Shown here: positions 40,598 to 54,039 of the stretch, in pieces | How the letters are laid out: each line of letters begins with the position of its first letter | How positions within the stretch are numbered: position 1 is the stretch's first letter | From: Ruditapes philippinarum | Lineage: Eukaryota | Assembly: GCF_026571515.1 (NCBI RefSeq) | Contig: NW_026863859.1 | Span: 434,001-498,000, forward strand | Reading direction: 5' to 3' | DNA length: 64,000 nucleotides | Made by a program: the position numbers and the translations under genes | The notes under the pieces: generated by a model | Seen by the model: the letters and a program-made list of their open reading frames with translations, nothing else | The model's database searches: none | What the model was told of the DNA's origin: nothing

Positions 40598-41104
40598 AGG
40601 GAGACACAGGCAAAACTTTTATTTCTTAGTTTTGAATTTTTCATTCCAATTTCTGTAAATGTCCTCAAAATGAATATATTAGACAAACAAAGGAACAAAA
40701 CTTTTCCCCATATAAAGAATAAAATGGTGGTTTCCTTACCTGACCCGCGTGGGTCAGGTAAGAGCGCTAGGATTCCACAATAGTTGTCACAGTGAACTCT
40801 GGAAACGTTAAAGAACATGTCAAATATTGATTTTGACTTGTTTCTATCATACAATATCCACAGTATATGTTAATGTAACTTCAAGGATTTGTTCAAGTCA
40901 CCTGACTTGTTTAAAAACTATTCGGTGATTCTCTTGGCGCCTCAATTTTGTTCAACATATTTAGATATATTTATGCTTCAAATCCAAAATATATAGAATT
41001 TAAACAGCAATTCATGCTGAAACTTTTAGAAATGTCATTTTAGCGCGAGTTGAGTACAAAAGATCATTTTAATATTTTTGTCATTATTTTGCCTGAATAT
41101 CCCT
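40598..41104. mobile_element. TTAA-flanked MITE (Kolobok-like) containing a perfect 12-bp hairpin at 40735-40762
   Basis: TTAA|agggagacacaggcaaaa ... ttttgcctgaatatccct|TTAA. Confidence 0.7.
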
Positions 41105-42290
41105 TTAAGGGAATGGTCATCTCGACCTAATCAACTATTAGAATTAGTTTAGGTTGAAATGTCAAATAGAATATACATTTAATAACATCAATTCAACTAC
41201 ATGAATTATATCATTATAACAATTAGATCAATTGTTTCATTTTCATTATCTTTATTACTATCATTATCGTCATTATCGTTACTGTTAATTATACTAGTAA
41301 ACAAAGACCAGGAACAAATTTAAAAACTAAAATATTCACCATTGTTTATAATCCTCAAAATCAAATATGTAATATTGACTTGATAAAACTGGACTTGAAA
41401 TAGCATGCTTATGAATAATTGTTTTAGAATAAGTTTATTGCCCTTTTTGCAAGATACGGGCCTTTTACAGTTGATCCATATCAATCTTGGTCATAAAACT
41501 GATGTCCATTTTGTTCCGATTATTTTTGTATTTGTTTTGTTATTTGTCGATTATATCGCAAAATTACATTTAAAGTATTGCAAATCTAAATTCAAGAATG
41601 TTTTTGTCTAACATATTCACTTCACGACCCGAGTTCTAACTGCGTCGAATTTGTTTATGTCTACTTATACTTTAAATGTTGAAAGCAAAATTTAACATTC
41701 AGTTAAAGTATTGTAGACAGCATAAGGAATTGTACATGTGATTCAGATGGACCCTAAATGAAAATAAAATTTGCTTAGTAAAGTTTCATGACTCCAGATA
41801 AGCAAAAATACAATGTATCTTGAAAAAATCAAACTAGGTGAAAAGTAAATAGATTTAAGATTTAATTAACAATACACATATTATGTGCTATTGATGACAG
41901 ATTTTGCAGTATTTGTCACCTTATTTCTATTGCGTAATTAACGCAGTACGTGTTAGTTTTTAATGTTTCGACCTTTTATCTTCTTGGTGATTTACCTAGA
42001 TCGCCAGTGCCGTTTGCAATGTATGAAATTACTTTCTATATTCACTCCGCAATATTTTACTTTTAAATTTTTTTCAAAATGTTCATGAAAACTAGCATGA
42101 ATCTTGAGGCATGCTGCTTTAAGAGCCTTTAATGGAATTTTGACAAATGCTATCAAATTCACCATTCACACCGGGCTTATCTAGATGAAAAACTGTATTC
42201 ATACAGATTTCGGTCGGTCAGCTTTAACCCTTTTTTGAAGAAATTGAGTTACTTATCATCATGAAATTGACCTGTCAAGTTACGGTCACT

Positions 42291-42297
42291 TATAAAA
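42291..42297 (+). promoter_or_regulatory. Candidate TATA box of the inhibitor gene
   Basis: TATAAAA located 67 bp upstream of the ATG at 42358. Confidence 0.4.
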
Positions 42298-42357
42298 ACG
42301 GAAAGGCTAAGCAGATGTCTCTTATTTCAAATCAGTTTTGTTTATACAGCCGACACT

Positions 42358-44194
42358 ATGAACTTTTCTGCTGCACTCGTCTTTTTGGCTTGCCTAGTGG
42401 CTTATGGTTTGTCTTTTTCTTTTACTTAAATGAACATTTCTTTTCTTTCTCAAATGCACATTTATGTGGCTGAAATGGTAGAAAGCTGGTGATATTGGGT
42501 TGTACAGTCTTTGAAAATTTTAAGGTGCATTTTATCAGATATTGCTTAATGGTTTTTAACAATCGTAATAATTCATATCTGTTCATTGAAAAAAGACAAT
42601 TTAAGTATCAAATTTGATATAAATTTCACACATCGAAGAACTTTCAGTATTGTTTACTTATTTTTTATTTCATTTTATGATTAAATGTTTGAAAAGCTGA
42701 TATGAAGAAATTGAAAAAAAGAATATAATTAAATTCTTAAAGCGACGAGTTTCTCACGAATAGATTGAACATCAAAATAAGACACCCAGTTTTAAGCATT
42801 ATACGCTATTATATCGTACACCATTTGTTTTACCGACACATGTGCTTCAAACTATTATTACTAAGTGACTGAAATCTGTTAATTTATGTATGTATAATCC
42901 GTTGCCATGGATATGGAAGGATGAATTAAAGTACCAACATTATTGAACAGATCCTACAACAAAGTCCCCTTTCTTGCCGATGAGAACAATAAACATAATC
43001 ATATATGGTTTTCCCAATTCTGTCAAAGATTGACTGTTTTTAGCACTTAACAAAAAAATTATTGCTGCTTAATTAATTGATTTTTTAACTTATTTATGTA
43101 TTTTTCTAGTCTCGTGCGAAGTGTGCACGACTAATACTGACTGTGGAAATACTAGATGCGCCGCCGGTTTGACCGTCATCTGTCAACACCCTGATGGATC
43201 CGGTATTGTTGCTAACGGTGGGCTTTGTACATGTGAACAGACTGCTGGAGGGGGTAAGTACAGTATCGGTTTGGTGAAGGTAACTGCATCACTTTGAAAA
43301 AAGGAAGGATTAGTGATTTGGTACCCTACTGGTTTCACAATTAGGTTTCCTTTATGATGACAGTCCATGGTTGTTAAGCTCATAACATTCTCTGCAAAAT
43401 TGAGATGGATATATAAGTTTCCGTTTAATATAATTGATTTGATACATTGACAACTAGTAACAACATAAACTATTTGGCTTGAAAATAATTGTTTAAACTA
43501 AATCATCATCTCAGACCAAATATTGAGACATTTAGACAGAGCTGTTTTCTTATTAAGTTAAGATCCCCCATTGCAGGAAAATGGGCTACCAAGTGTAAAA
43601 AATGGGTGGGGTAGGGTAACATTTTTGTGCATACTTTATAAATTTTGAGTAAATATAATCATTGTGATTTTGTGGATTGATAGCATAATGCTATTATTTG
43701 TTTCTTAACAATAAGAAATGGGAAATCATTTTTCATAACGATTATATTATAGATTGTTAAGAGTTTCTTCATTTCTGCAAAAAGAGCCCTTCTATTAGCC
43801 GAGTTTAAGCTCATCAAAATATCTATAACTCCTGAACCATATTAAAACTTTGTTTAAAGTTTGCATACAGGTGTCCTTTAAGACATATAAGTGACCTATG
43901 TTGTAAATTGATAGGCTCTTTATAGTGCCCATTAGAGGGATCTTACCTTAAAATATTGTTACTTATGGTTTCGTTTCTACATTTCGACGATCTTGGGTCA
44001 TCTGCCTCTTTGTTTATGATTTCACCGTATCTGTGTCTCATTTTTGATACTGCTTATTTTTTGTAGAATGTACTGGAAAGGCCGATTGTTATGGTGACCA
44101 AGCCCCAAACCTGACATGTCCTGATAGCGCAAGACACTGCTACGATAACAAATGTATTTGTGACCGATTTCCAATAAGTGGTGGACGAAAATAA
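42358..44194 (+). CDS. Secreted cvSI-2-like serine protease inhibitor (MEROPS I84), 106 aa
   Basis: Exons 42358-42406, 43110-43253 and 44067-44194, both introns phase 1. Translation: MNFSAALVFLACLVAYVSCEVCTTNTDCGNTRCAAGLTVICQHPDGSGIVANGGLCTCEQTAGGECTGKADCYGDQAPNLTCPDSARHCYDNKCICDRFPISGGRK*. Signal peptide plus the 12-Cys two-repeat pattern (E.C....DC...C...CTC / C....DC...C...HC.D..C.C) typical of I84. AATAAA at 44229. Not in the supplied ORF track. Confidence 0.9.
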
Positions 44195-44376
44195 GTCATT
44201 GTATTTGATTAACTGTTACGTTTTACAAAATAAATATGCTAAACTGTCCTTGAAGTTGTGTCAATGTCTAATACAAAAACGTATTTCTTTGAGAAAAGTT
44301 GAAAATTTGATTACTTTAATATCTTTCATCAAACTTTAGAACACACCGACCAAAAGAACTGCATTTTAAAGGTTAA

Positions 44377-44694
44377 AGCTGCACGCCTCCAGATGAGCAA
44401 AAATATTTCGATAAATTAAAACTTGAGAAAAAAATGTACTATGATTTTAGGGAAGGTATTAAGATTCAGAATTCTAGTAATAATTTACATATTATGTTCG
44501 ATTTATAACTATATTTCCACTGCGTAACTAACGCAGTTAGGGCTATTATTGTATATGTTGACATCTTAATAGTAATTTACATACTAGGTAATATTGTGTA
44601 AATTGCATTCTTTTGGTAACTTTACAATATTATACTGTTGAATTAATTTTTTAAATTTTCATGAAAATTAGCATGAATCTGGAGGCGTGTTGCT
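44377..44694. mobile_element. TTAA-flanked MITE (Kolobok-like); related copies or fragments near 13222, 17666, 21670, 41860-42122 and 52488
   Basis: TTAA|agctgcacgcctccagat ... atctggaggcgtgttgct|TTAA, with shared internal catgaaaa(c/t)tagcatgaatct. Confidence 0.75.
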
Positions 44695-46539
44695 TTAAGG
44701 ATCACTTTTCAGTATAATCATAGCTGGAGATTTCAATTTTGATGCGTATTTATTGGAGGAAGTTAAAGCTTTATATTTAAAGATAAGATTTGTTGTTTTT
44801 TTTGTGATCACAATACATTATCTACATAATAACTTGAGTCTTAAATTTCAACAATATATAAGTTGGTGAATTTGATATTACAGTATGATGTAAATGTTAA
44901 AATTTCAAATTTGATTATCGAAAGCAAGTGTTATCATGGTTATAGTACTAAAGCAAGGCAAATGCAATAGATATCCATATCGACATAGTCGCAATATGTC
45001 CTTTACTGTGTTGGTGCGACGTTAAACCCAATACACAAAAATACTATTTTATTTACGAAACATAAAATCCAGACAATAGTCTTACACAACGCTAATGACT
45101 TAAGACTGTACTTATTATTTGTACACTGAAATACATGCAATCTTTAGCACACGAACAAAATTTGTCTAAAAATCATGTACCTGAAAAATAATTGCTTTAA
45201 CTTCGAGGAAGATGCTCAGTAGACTCTAAAATTGCAATTAATAGATCTAATATTGCAGATTTTCATACATTTTTTTATAGTTACAAGAAATGTTATAACC
45301 ATTTTCTTGGAATCCAATAGTTTCTGTAACGTGTTCGCGAGCCAGAGATATCCCCAACTTGGTTAACCTAAATTTTTACTTTTCCACGAGGCGGTCTCTG
45401 TAAGCGTACATGTCTGTTTGATTTGTCCTTGACGCTTATCTTCCTTAATTTACTTCATTTCTACTTTGTATATTTACTTGCCATAAATGTTTGCTTTGTA
45501 TATCAAAATGTTTTATATTATGGTTAAAATGTAACACGAATAATTAATGACCTTACGCATGGTTACTAACAATGACCTCTTTTCCTTCAAGTGAGGAAGC
45601 TATCCAGCTAGCTTACGGAACGTCGGTGGTTCTACTCAGGTGCCCGTTCGCGCTTGAAATAATCCACGGAAAGGCACCTGAGGTCTTACTCCGCCAGTAA
45701 ATCTGGAACGTAGTCACGTGACCTGAACTGTCGGTGCGACGTAAAAACCAAATAAGCAAATTCAACTCTTATCCCCTAACATGAAAATTAAACATTATCT
45801 CAGTCTTTTTTTTCTTCTTTTTTTTTTCGTTTTTGTGTGCTTTTTTTTATTCCTTAAACCAAATATCAATAGTCAATAACTTCAAGATAAAATATTCATT
45901 GTCTGCTGCTTTAAATAGAATTATTGATTGATTCATTCAATTGAATATAATTTTGCTTTACAAAAATGATACGAACTAAAATCAATAGTTTGGTTACGTC
46001 ATCCGATCAATTGCACAAAGGTATTCAAATCATATCAGGCATATAGTTTAAACACCAAATCTGTAAGTTTTAAAATTAAAAAAAAATGCTATCTCTTGTA
46101 CTGTAAACACGGAAGTGTACATACATGGATATCATTTGAAATTTAATCTTTATAGTATGTCAAATCAGTGTTTATTTGACAATACAATTGTTTTGCGTCG
46201 CAATTTCATGTCTTTATTTACAGATCTACCTGTAAAAATATATAAAGTGGGTTTTTCAAGGCACATGCTTTAGAAGCAATTTCAGAAGTAAGTATGCAGT
46301 GTATTGACAAACTAAATTATTTGACCTTTAATTTATATAGCAAAGTACACATTGCAAACACAGATAACAGTTTTACATTCCGTTGTATCACATGAAAAGA
46401 ATCATTTGAAGTCTGCAATGTTCGTAGGATTCCTTTTTGGTCATTTTGGGGTTCATCATTTCCAAAACGTTACAGAATTGACTCGTTGATGTTCTCACAC
46501 TGCTAAAGCAGGTGTTTGGGGCTTGACAGAACTGCATTT

Positions 46540-46774
46540 GAGCCGTGCCATGACAAAACCAACAGAATGCGTTTGCGACCAGCATGGATCCAGACCAGCC
46601 TGCGCATCCGCGCAGTCTGATCAGAGTCCATGCTGTTCGCTTACAAACCCTATAACAAGTAGAGAAACTGATAGCGAACAACATGGATCCTGATCAGACT
46701 GTGCGGATGCACAGGCTGTTCTGGATCCATGCTGGTCGCAAACGCATAATGTTGGTTTTATCATGGCGCGGCTC
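46540..46774. mobile_element. Sola2-like MITE (GAG termini, 4-bp TSD ATTT)
   Basis: ATTT|gagccgtgccatgacaaaaccaac ... gttggttttatcatggcgcggctc|ATTT; the body is largely palindromic. Confidence 0.8.
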
Positions 46775-48465
46775 ATTTGTTTTATTATAAAATCGTAGGC
46801 AGATTCATTCAACACGTGTCTTCATTTGTTTTCCAAATATATAAAGTGGTTTTGCGAAGTGCCTTCTACTCCGATCAGAATTTACATTAATGAAGTATTT
46901 CATTCTAAAAATTTGAAATGAAATTCAGATAATATCTCAAGTTTATATCTCAAGACATATTCTTAAAACAATTAGAAATTATCTACATTATTAACTGAGG
47001 AGAAGATTTACAACTAAAGCTAAGTGATTGTAAATATATATTTACGTTAGATGAACAAAACAAAGTTTATATACATACATCTTGCAGTGAAACCATTGTA
47101 AATAGTTGTAGGAATAACATTTCATTAAGGAAAGCCAGTATTCTTGTAGTTTAAATGAACGTAAAGAAAATATACTGTTAGCTTTCCAATAGATGAATAA
47201 ATACATATATAAAAGTAAACAAATTGATTTATCAACTTTAAAAATAAAATTGACATTTGTTGGCACATCCAACTGAAAAAAGTGAGTGCACAGACAAATC
47301 TCAACATAACTTTACATTTTGTCATAATTGTGTTTAATATTTATTTTTATCATGCAAAAACAATAAACAAATCCATGTAATCCGCGGATATCTATACAAA
47401 TATCGTTTGGATTGGAACGATAGCCTTTGATTTTTAAGTCTTTTTTATAATTCGTGTAGTTTTCTATATTTTATCCGAAACATTTTTGCATTATCAATTA
47501 TTAGTCAATAACTACTTTATGATTCAATCTTTTGAAATACAAAATGTATATAATTTATTCAGCAAAACGTGACAGCATTAAAAATGAGTATAATGTTAGT
47601 TACTTTAAAGGTCCATTATACCTCAGAAATGCTTTTATTTTTCATTTACTTTTCTTAATTTCTATTCTTCTGCTATAGTTTCCAAAAAATGTACCCACTG
47701 GCCAAATACCTTAACCTTCTTTTTTGCATCTGTTGCAAAAAGTAGTTTTCTTATACCCGGTAATAACCTTAAGCAAACAATGCTTAATTTAGCTCACAAA
47801 ACATAATGTTTATTTTATTCGTACTTTATAATTAAAAAAAGTCATAAAAAATATTTTCAAATGATTAACAATAACTGTATAATGTTCACGTGTAACCCGC
47901 GTATGCACAATATTTGTACACATACGATGTAAAAAAAACCTTCAACAATATTTTTAAAATATTCTAGCAATAGCGGAGGTATTTTCGTGATCAAAATGTG
48001 TTAAAATGACCATTATTTGTTATCTATTTTGATCTATGAACAATAAAACGAGTGTTCTCATTCTACAGCCTTTGAAATATTTTTAACAAGACTGCAATCT
48101 TTGAAGACATGGCAGACGTGTTCAGGAATGGAAATTTACCGCACTTCAAAGCTGTGGTGTCAATAATAGTATCACTTAAAAATCAGTTAAGTACATAACA
48201 AATATTTTAACTGAAATTTAAAGGCATTAAAGATAACCTTGATTGTCAGATTGTATGCTTACTACACAACAAGATAGAAAAAAGGAAGTATGATTTAAGT
48301 TCGGGATATAAAACTCTAATGTTTACAGTAATATATCGTGCAAATATGAGTCTATGAAGGTTTCAATGGAAAAAAAGTGTAAAAAAATACCGGGTAACAT
48401 TCGTATGTAAAGCTTTCTCGTACACATGGTACACTTTCAATTGATTAAAAAAGGTATGTAATGAA

Positions 48466-51405
48466 TTAACACAAATTAAAGGTATCCCCATGAACCTTTT
48501 CCAGCTGCATCAATCCATCTTTGAGTCTGATTGATAAATATTCACCTTTAATGTCAGGATTCTGTTGTTTTTCCTCATAATTTGATGATCCAGACACCAT
48601 TGACACTACGTGCACCTTTTCACCATCGGGATCATCGGCGCACACAATTGCACCACTGTCACCCTCCTTACTAAATGGCACGATTTCCTCTTTGTCCACA
48701 GGGTGCCTGTCTTCTATTTTAACAAGTCTTTTCATTCCTTCAACATAAAAATCGGGAATGATTATTTTCCCCAAGCCGGGAGAGCTACTGGCCCCCCAAA
48801 TATGCACGGGTAATCCCTTTAGCCACTCAATGTCTGCTTCATTCTCAAACGATGATAGATTACTTGCTAGTGGCGTACCAAGATGATCTTTAAACATTGT
48901 AAGACATTTTGTTCTCTCCCTTTGGAGAACGAGCCCTGCAGCAATGTCTAATGTGGCATACCGTTCGTCCTCAGTATTGGTAGGCATAATATGAGCAAAA
49001 ACACATTTCTTACCATTCTCATCACAGACATAGACAGGTCTGCCATCATCTGCAAAGTGTCGTGCTACAAGCAAACTTAGGTCTTTTCTTTCCCCTTTGA
49101 GAGCAAAACCTCCTAAAGTAGCGCTTCTGTCATGTCGACTGGTAAGAGTTGATCCCACTTCATATTCCGCAAATTCTGTTATTACTTTTTGCTCTAATCG
49201 AATCTTGTATTCCATAATGCCGTGTTTCTCGGCGATTGTCTGAACTTGTACTTCAGCGATGTGTCGTTGCTCGCCAGTAAGCTTATTACTGATATAAACA
49301 TCTAAAATCTGAAATCTGTATCCACATCCAGTCACCCCTATTACGCTCAGAAATTCTTTTGCAACCTTAAAACAGTTATTAGACATGTATAGCTATAGAC
49401 AATTATTTTTGTCAAGTCTCAAAAACATGAACAATTTTTGTGTTATAAAATATAGGCGTTTAATGATTTGACTTATTAAATGATAATTGTGTTTTGTCAT
49501 AGGGCAAGTGTCTCTGATATTCCTTTACAAATACAAATGTATTATATTCTATCTAATTCTTCCGTTTTGGCCTTTCCGTTGAAATGCAGTTGGAAGACAT
49601 TATGATTTTGTTCGGATGAAAATTGAGTTCTAAATGTATATGAAAAATGAATAAAATCGATGTCGTTATCATACTAAATCATAATGATATTTTTAACTAT
49701 GACATTGAAATATGTACCACGGGATAGTTAAATTTTATTTCTCATTCATATTCAAATTTAAAAAATATATTATAAGTTACCTGCTCATTTAAAAGAGGCG
49801 GAGAATGTTTCACCTGCTTTTGCATTGGTCTTTCATGGGGTGGGACCATACTTCTTTGGTACATACTCATACTTTCCCCATATAGTTGATTAAGATCATC
49901 CTTGTTTTTTTGTACAAGTTCTAAATGAGTCTTAAAACGTTGTTCTAGTTCTATTGCTTTTATTGTATGTTCATGAGATTTTTGGAATAGTTTTGTCTGA
50001 TCTACGATCTTCTGCGGAATGCGGTCGGAACCAGACTGAACTGTCTCTGAAGGGAAATATGTATTGCTTTTTAAATGTCTTTCTTCCTTTATGTTATATA
50101 ATGCAGCTTTATAGTCTTCTGTTAAGTGAATGGGTACCTAACTTCGACATTTGATTGACATTATTTATATTTAAAAATATAAATGTAAATAGCAAAACAT
50201 TTTTGAGTTTATTCTCTCCTTTATGAGTTACGTTTCGTTTATGATTTCAAAATGATCTGTTGAATCAAATGATCGTTGCATAATACTGATAACACCAAAT
50301 ATCAATAAGGTCGCCAAGATAGGAAAGCAACTTCTTTATCAATTTCATCTGGCTCTATCAGATTACAAATTGAATATAAACGCATGCAAGAATGAATCAA
50401 TGTTACTACTGCAACAGGTAAATTTTGTAACGTCACATTACTTTATTACACGTTCCAGTTTTACATAATCACGTATCAATTGTTAACAGTATAAACAACA
50501 TAAATATATTTAACAACGAAGTACAGTGTATACTTACCATCGGACACGTATGGAATTACTTGCTCACAAATCTTTAATGTCTCTATTGTTCTTCCACCTA
50601 CGTCTGTGCATTCCAGCAACTGGTCTCTTACTTCTGGAACATGCTTCCCATACTCAGAGCAAATCTTGTTCTTAATGGCCGACAATCTTGCAGCACACCA
50701 TGTCGGCATGTACGTGTATAGCATCCCTATTCTCTATAGATGTAGATCTCGAAGCAGATATTGATCTGGTTGGGTCATACTTCTTTTTAAGTATATTTTT
50801 GAAAACATCTTGATCTAGTGTAGCGCAAATGCTGCTTCGGCAGGGTCTACTCCTAAAAATGTTGATAAAATTGTAACTCGTTTCTTGAGTTCTTGAAAAA
50901 GAATTCTCTCTAAGAGATATCCCATTTCCTTTGCAACACTTGCTCTTGTTTTGACACAGGTAATTCGATCATCTATCGTTCTGATATCCGGTGTTGTCAC
51001 TTGAATTTCAGTCTCGTCCTCTGCAATGAGTACACTACAGCGTCCAAGATATTGAAATAAATTACTGTCAGTTAGAATGGCCTTTGAATAGGATGCAATG
51101 TAAATGGCGGCAGCTGTATCTGGACATTTGTTCTGGAAATCCCTAACATCCTGAACTTTTAGTATTGTTTGTTTGATATCAGAATTAGGTTTCGGTGTCA
51201 ATTCCTCAACATTGATAATATCTGTACTGGTGTCTGATATGGTATAAATATTTACATCCTCGAACTGAGGAATCTCGAAAGGATCTGTAATGTTGCATTT
51301 CTGTGACAATTTCCGGAACCGTTGCAGAAGAGGGACTAAATGTTCTCTGGCGTATCGGTATCTTGGGTAGGCCGCCGCCGGTACGATGAAATGTTTAATC
51401 TCCAT
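48466..51405 (-). CDS. ~677-aa protein with uncharacterised N-terminus and C-terminal trypsin-like (chymotrypsin-fold) serine protease domain; reading frame interrupted in the first coding exon
   Basis: Exons 51405-50538, 50046-49781 and 49365-48466 are phase-compatible (1, 0). Motifs ATLGGF, LLVARHFA (His), TLDIAAG (Asp) and FSKEGDSGAIV (Ser). No hydrophobic signal peptide. Two in-frame TAGs at 50817-50815 and 50736-50734 indicate a possible pseudogene or assembly indels. Confidence 0.75.
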
Positions 51406-54039
51406 CTCAACATCACCTTTTGGTTTTATTTAACATATGAACCTAAAAAATGAATAGTAAACAAAATTGATTCAAAATGAAATCAAGATGAAGCCTACAG
51501 CATACGGGAATCAATTAAAGTACCAGTTTAAATAAAATACTCATTAAAAGATATTTAATTAAGAACAGAACACAAAACTTAAGTTATAAGTAACGAGTTA
51601 TGGGAATTGACAGGCTAATATATAAGGGCATACTTATGCCAAACCATATCATAATACTCTAATATACTTTTATCAATAAGGAAGGATATGACATGACAAT
51701 ACGTGTAGTAAATATCACGTACCAAAAAATATGTATATTTGTGTATATATTACTGAACGTTTGGAAAGTCCTTTAAAAATGAGCTTAAACTACGACAGTT
51801 ACTTATGTTTTGGTTTAAGTGTCGTTTGTAGTCTAGACGAAAACGAAAATAATATTTTTTTTATAAATCGCTTTATTATGGCAGCCATTTTCAGAACAAA
51901 TTTGATTCATGATTGTTATATTTGTTTCGGATTTAAATCTTGAAAACAAGTTATTCTATTAATGATAAATACAGAAAAGAAAATATATCATTAAACCCTA
52001 CCTTCACTTCAATCCATTTTTTTAGAATTCAGTATTTCGTAAACCTCCTTAGTGATTTAATCATTTGAATTCTTTAGTATATTCTTAAAACCCTTCGGAC
52101 CGGAAAAATGTAATGTAATACAGATCGGCGTGCTATATTTAGAATGCATACACATATCAAGTTGTAAGTTAATCAAAGTAGGTTTATCAAAGTTAAACAT
52201 TTTCACGTGACCGTCTGTTTGCACAATTGGAAAAGATAATATATTATTATATCGAAACTATGATGATTCAGTTAAATGCGCTTTAGATATAAACAATACT
52301 AAATGCACTTAAGAGAGTTATCAGTAATTGCATGTTATGCAAATACTGTGCTATCAATAAATAATACATGTACAAATAATGCGTCGTGCAAATTCCACAG
52401 TCGTTTAGTCTTTAGCTTCTTATCATAGCTGACATATACAAGTGTATCTCCCTTGCTATTCAGTCAGTGTATATTTTGAAATTTTCCTTAAAGCAGAATG
52501 CCTCAAGATTCATGCTAATTTTCATTAATTTTTTTAAATGTATTTAAAAGTAAAATACCTTCAAGTAAACAAAGAAAGTAAATTACTTATTGCAAACGGC
52601 ACTTAAAATCTACAAAAGCTACCGAAAATAGGTCAGAATATGTCAATATTGTCCTTACTTCGTTAGTCACACGGTACAAACATGGTGATAAATACTGCAA
52701 AATCAGTCAATGAAAAGATATAACATGTAAATGTTTACTTCAATATCAGATCTTTATGGCTTTCTTATAATCTAAGTACATTTCTTAAGTTAGATATTCT
52801 TGAAATATTTTATTTTATTTAAACATATTATTATACAGCTTTACAGTTATGAAGGGTTTTGTGCAGATTTATAGATAAACAAGTTGACTTATTTTAGTAT
52901 ATGTTAGTTGATATATTATATTTATGTAAAATATATTTCCCTGTAGGTTTTATTGTGTTTATTTGCAAATGTATGTGTCATTTATACATAAAACATTAAA
53001 TTGTTGAATTTGTTGTTGTTGTTTGGTTTTACATCGCACCAACACATCATACGTCATTTAAAGACTTTCTTGCTTTACTTGTGGAGGTAGATTTCAGGTG
53101 CCCTTCTGGCATTATCTCAGACACGAAGGGGCACTTAAGTAGAACCACTGACGTTCCGTAAGCTAAATACATGGATCGATTCCTCACATGAATATATATT
53201 TATTTAAAAAAAGTCTGTCGTTAGGACTTATTGTATTCTATGTACGAAAATATTTGAGAATAAGATCTGTGATGATATAATTATATGTGTTTTTGACTTT
53301 AAGTAAGAATTGTAATCGTTTGAAAGTGCCAAATGTCAACGACGTCTAGATATATTTTTAAGTATGTACTTCACGCCATTACATAGGGTTTTTTTTGTAA
53401 TATAAAAACCTCTTCGTCTGTTTACTGTTATAATACTATCTTTAAATATAACACAATAATCGCAATTTAATGAACAAGAGATACAAACATTAAATATTAC
53501 CTTTTTTATAGATTTACGTATTCCTTTGAGTTTATTGAAAAATACAAAATGATACCGATTTAAACAATAGAATACTTTTTGATAAATTCATATACTAGAA
53601 TTTCATTGAGTTAGTTTATTAAAATATGTACAACCGAAAGCAAAATCCACCGCAATTGACAGTTAAGAATGACTTTAAATATCGGTAGCCATTTTGAAAT
53701 TTATACGGACATTTTCCTCTTTGAGAATATCTATCATTAAAGACGCGTAATTGAGGAAGTTAAATCAATTTTACCTTTTATTGTCCTATAACTTTTATCC
53801 TTGAAAAATCTAACTTGATAGTTTGAATCATCTTTGTCTTTGGATTAAATTGCCATTCTTGGAGAGCCAACTTCAAAATTTCACTTATTTCAAAGTGCTT
53901 TTTGATCCGTTCCGAACTGTCAATGATTTCACGGATGATAGCATACACACTTTAAAACATACCCGTTCTATTGATTTATACCCACACAATTAGGTGTAGT
54001 GTATTGCGTAATAAACGTAGCATGCAATGTGTATGCATT

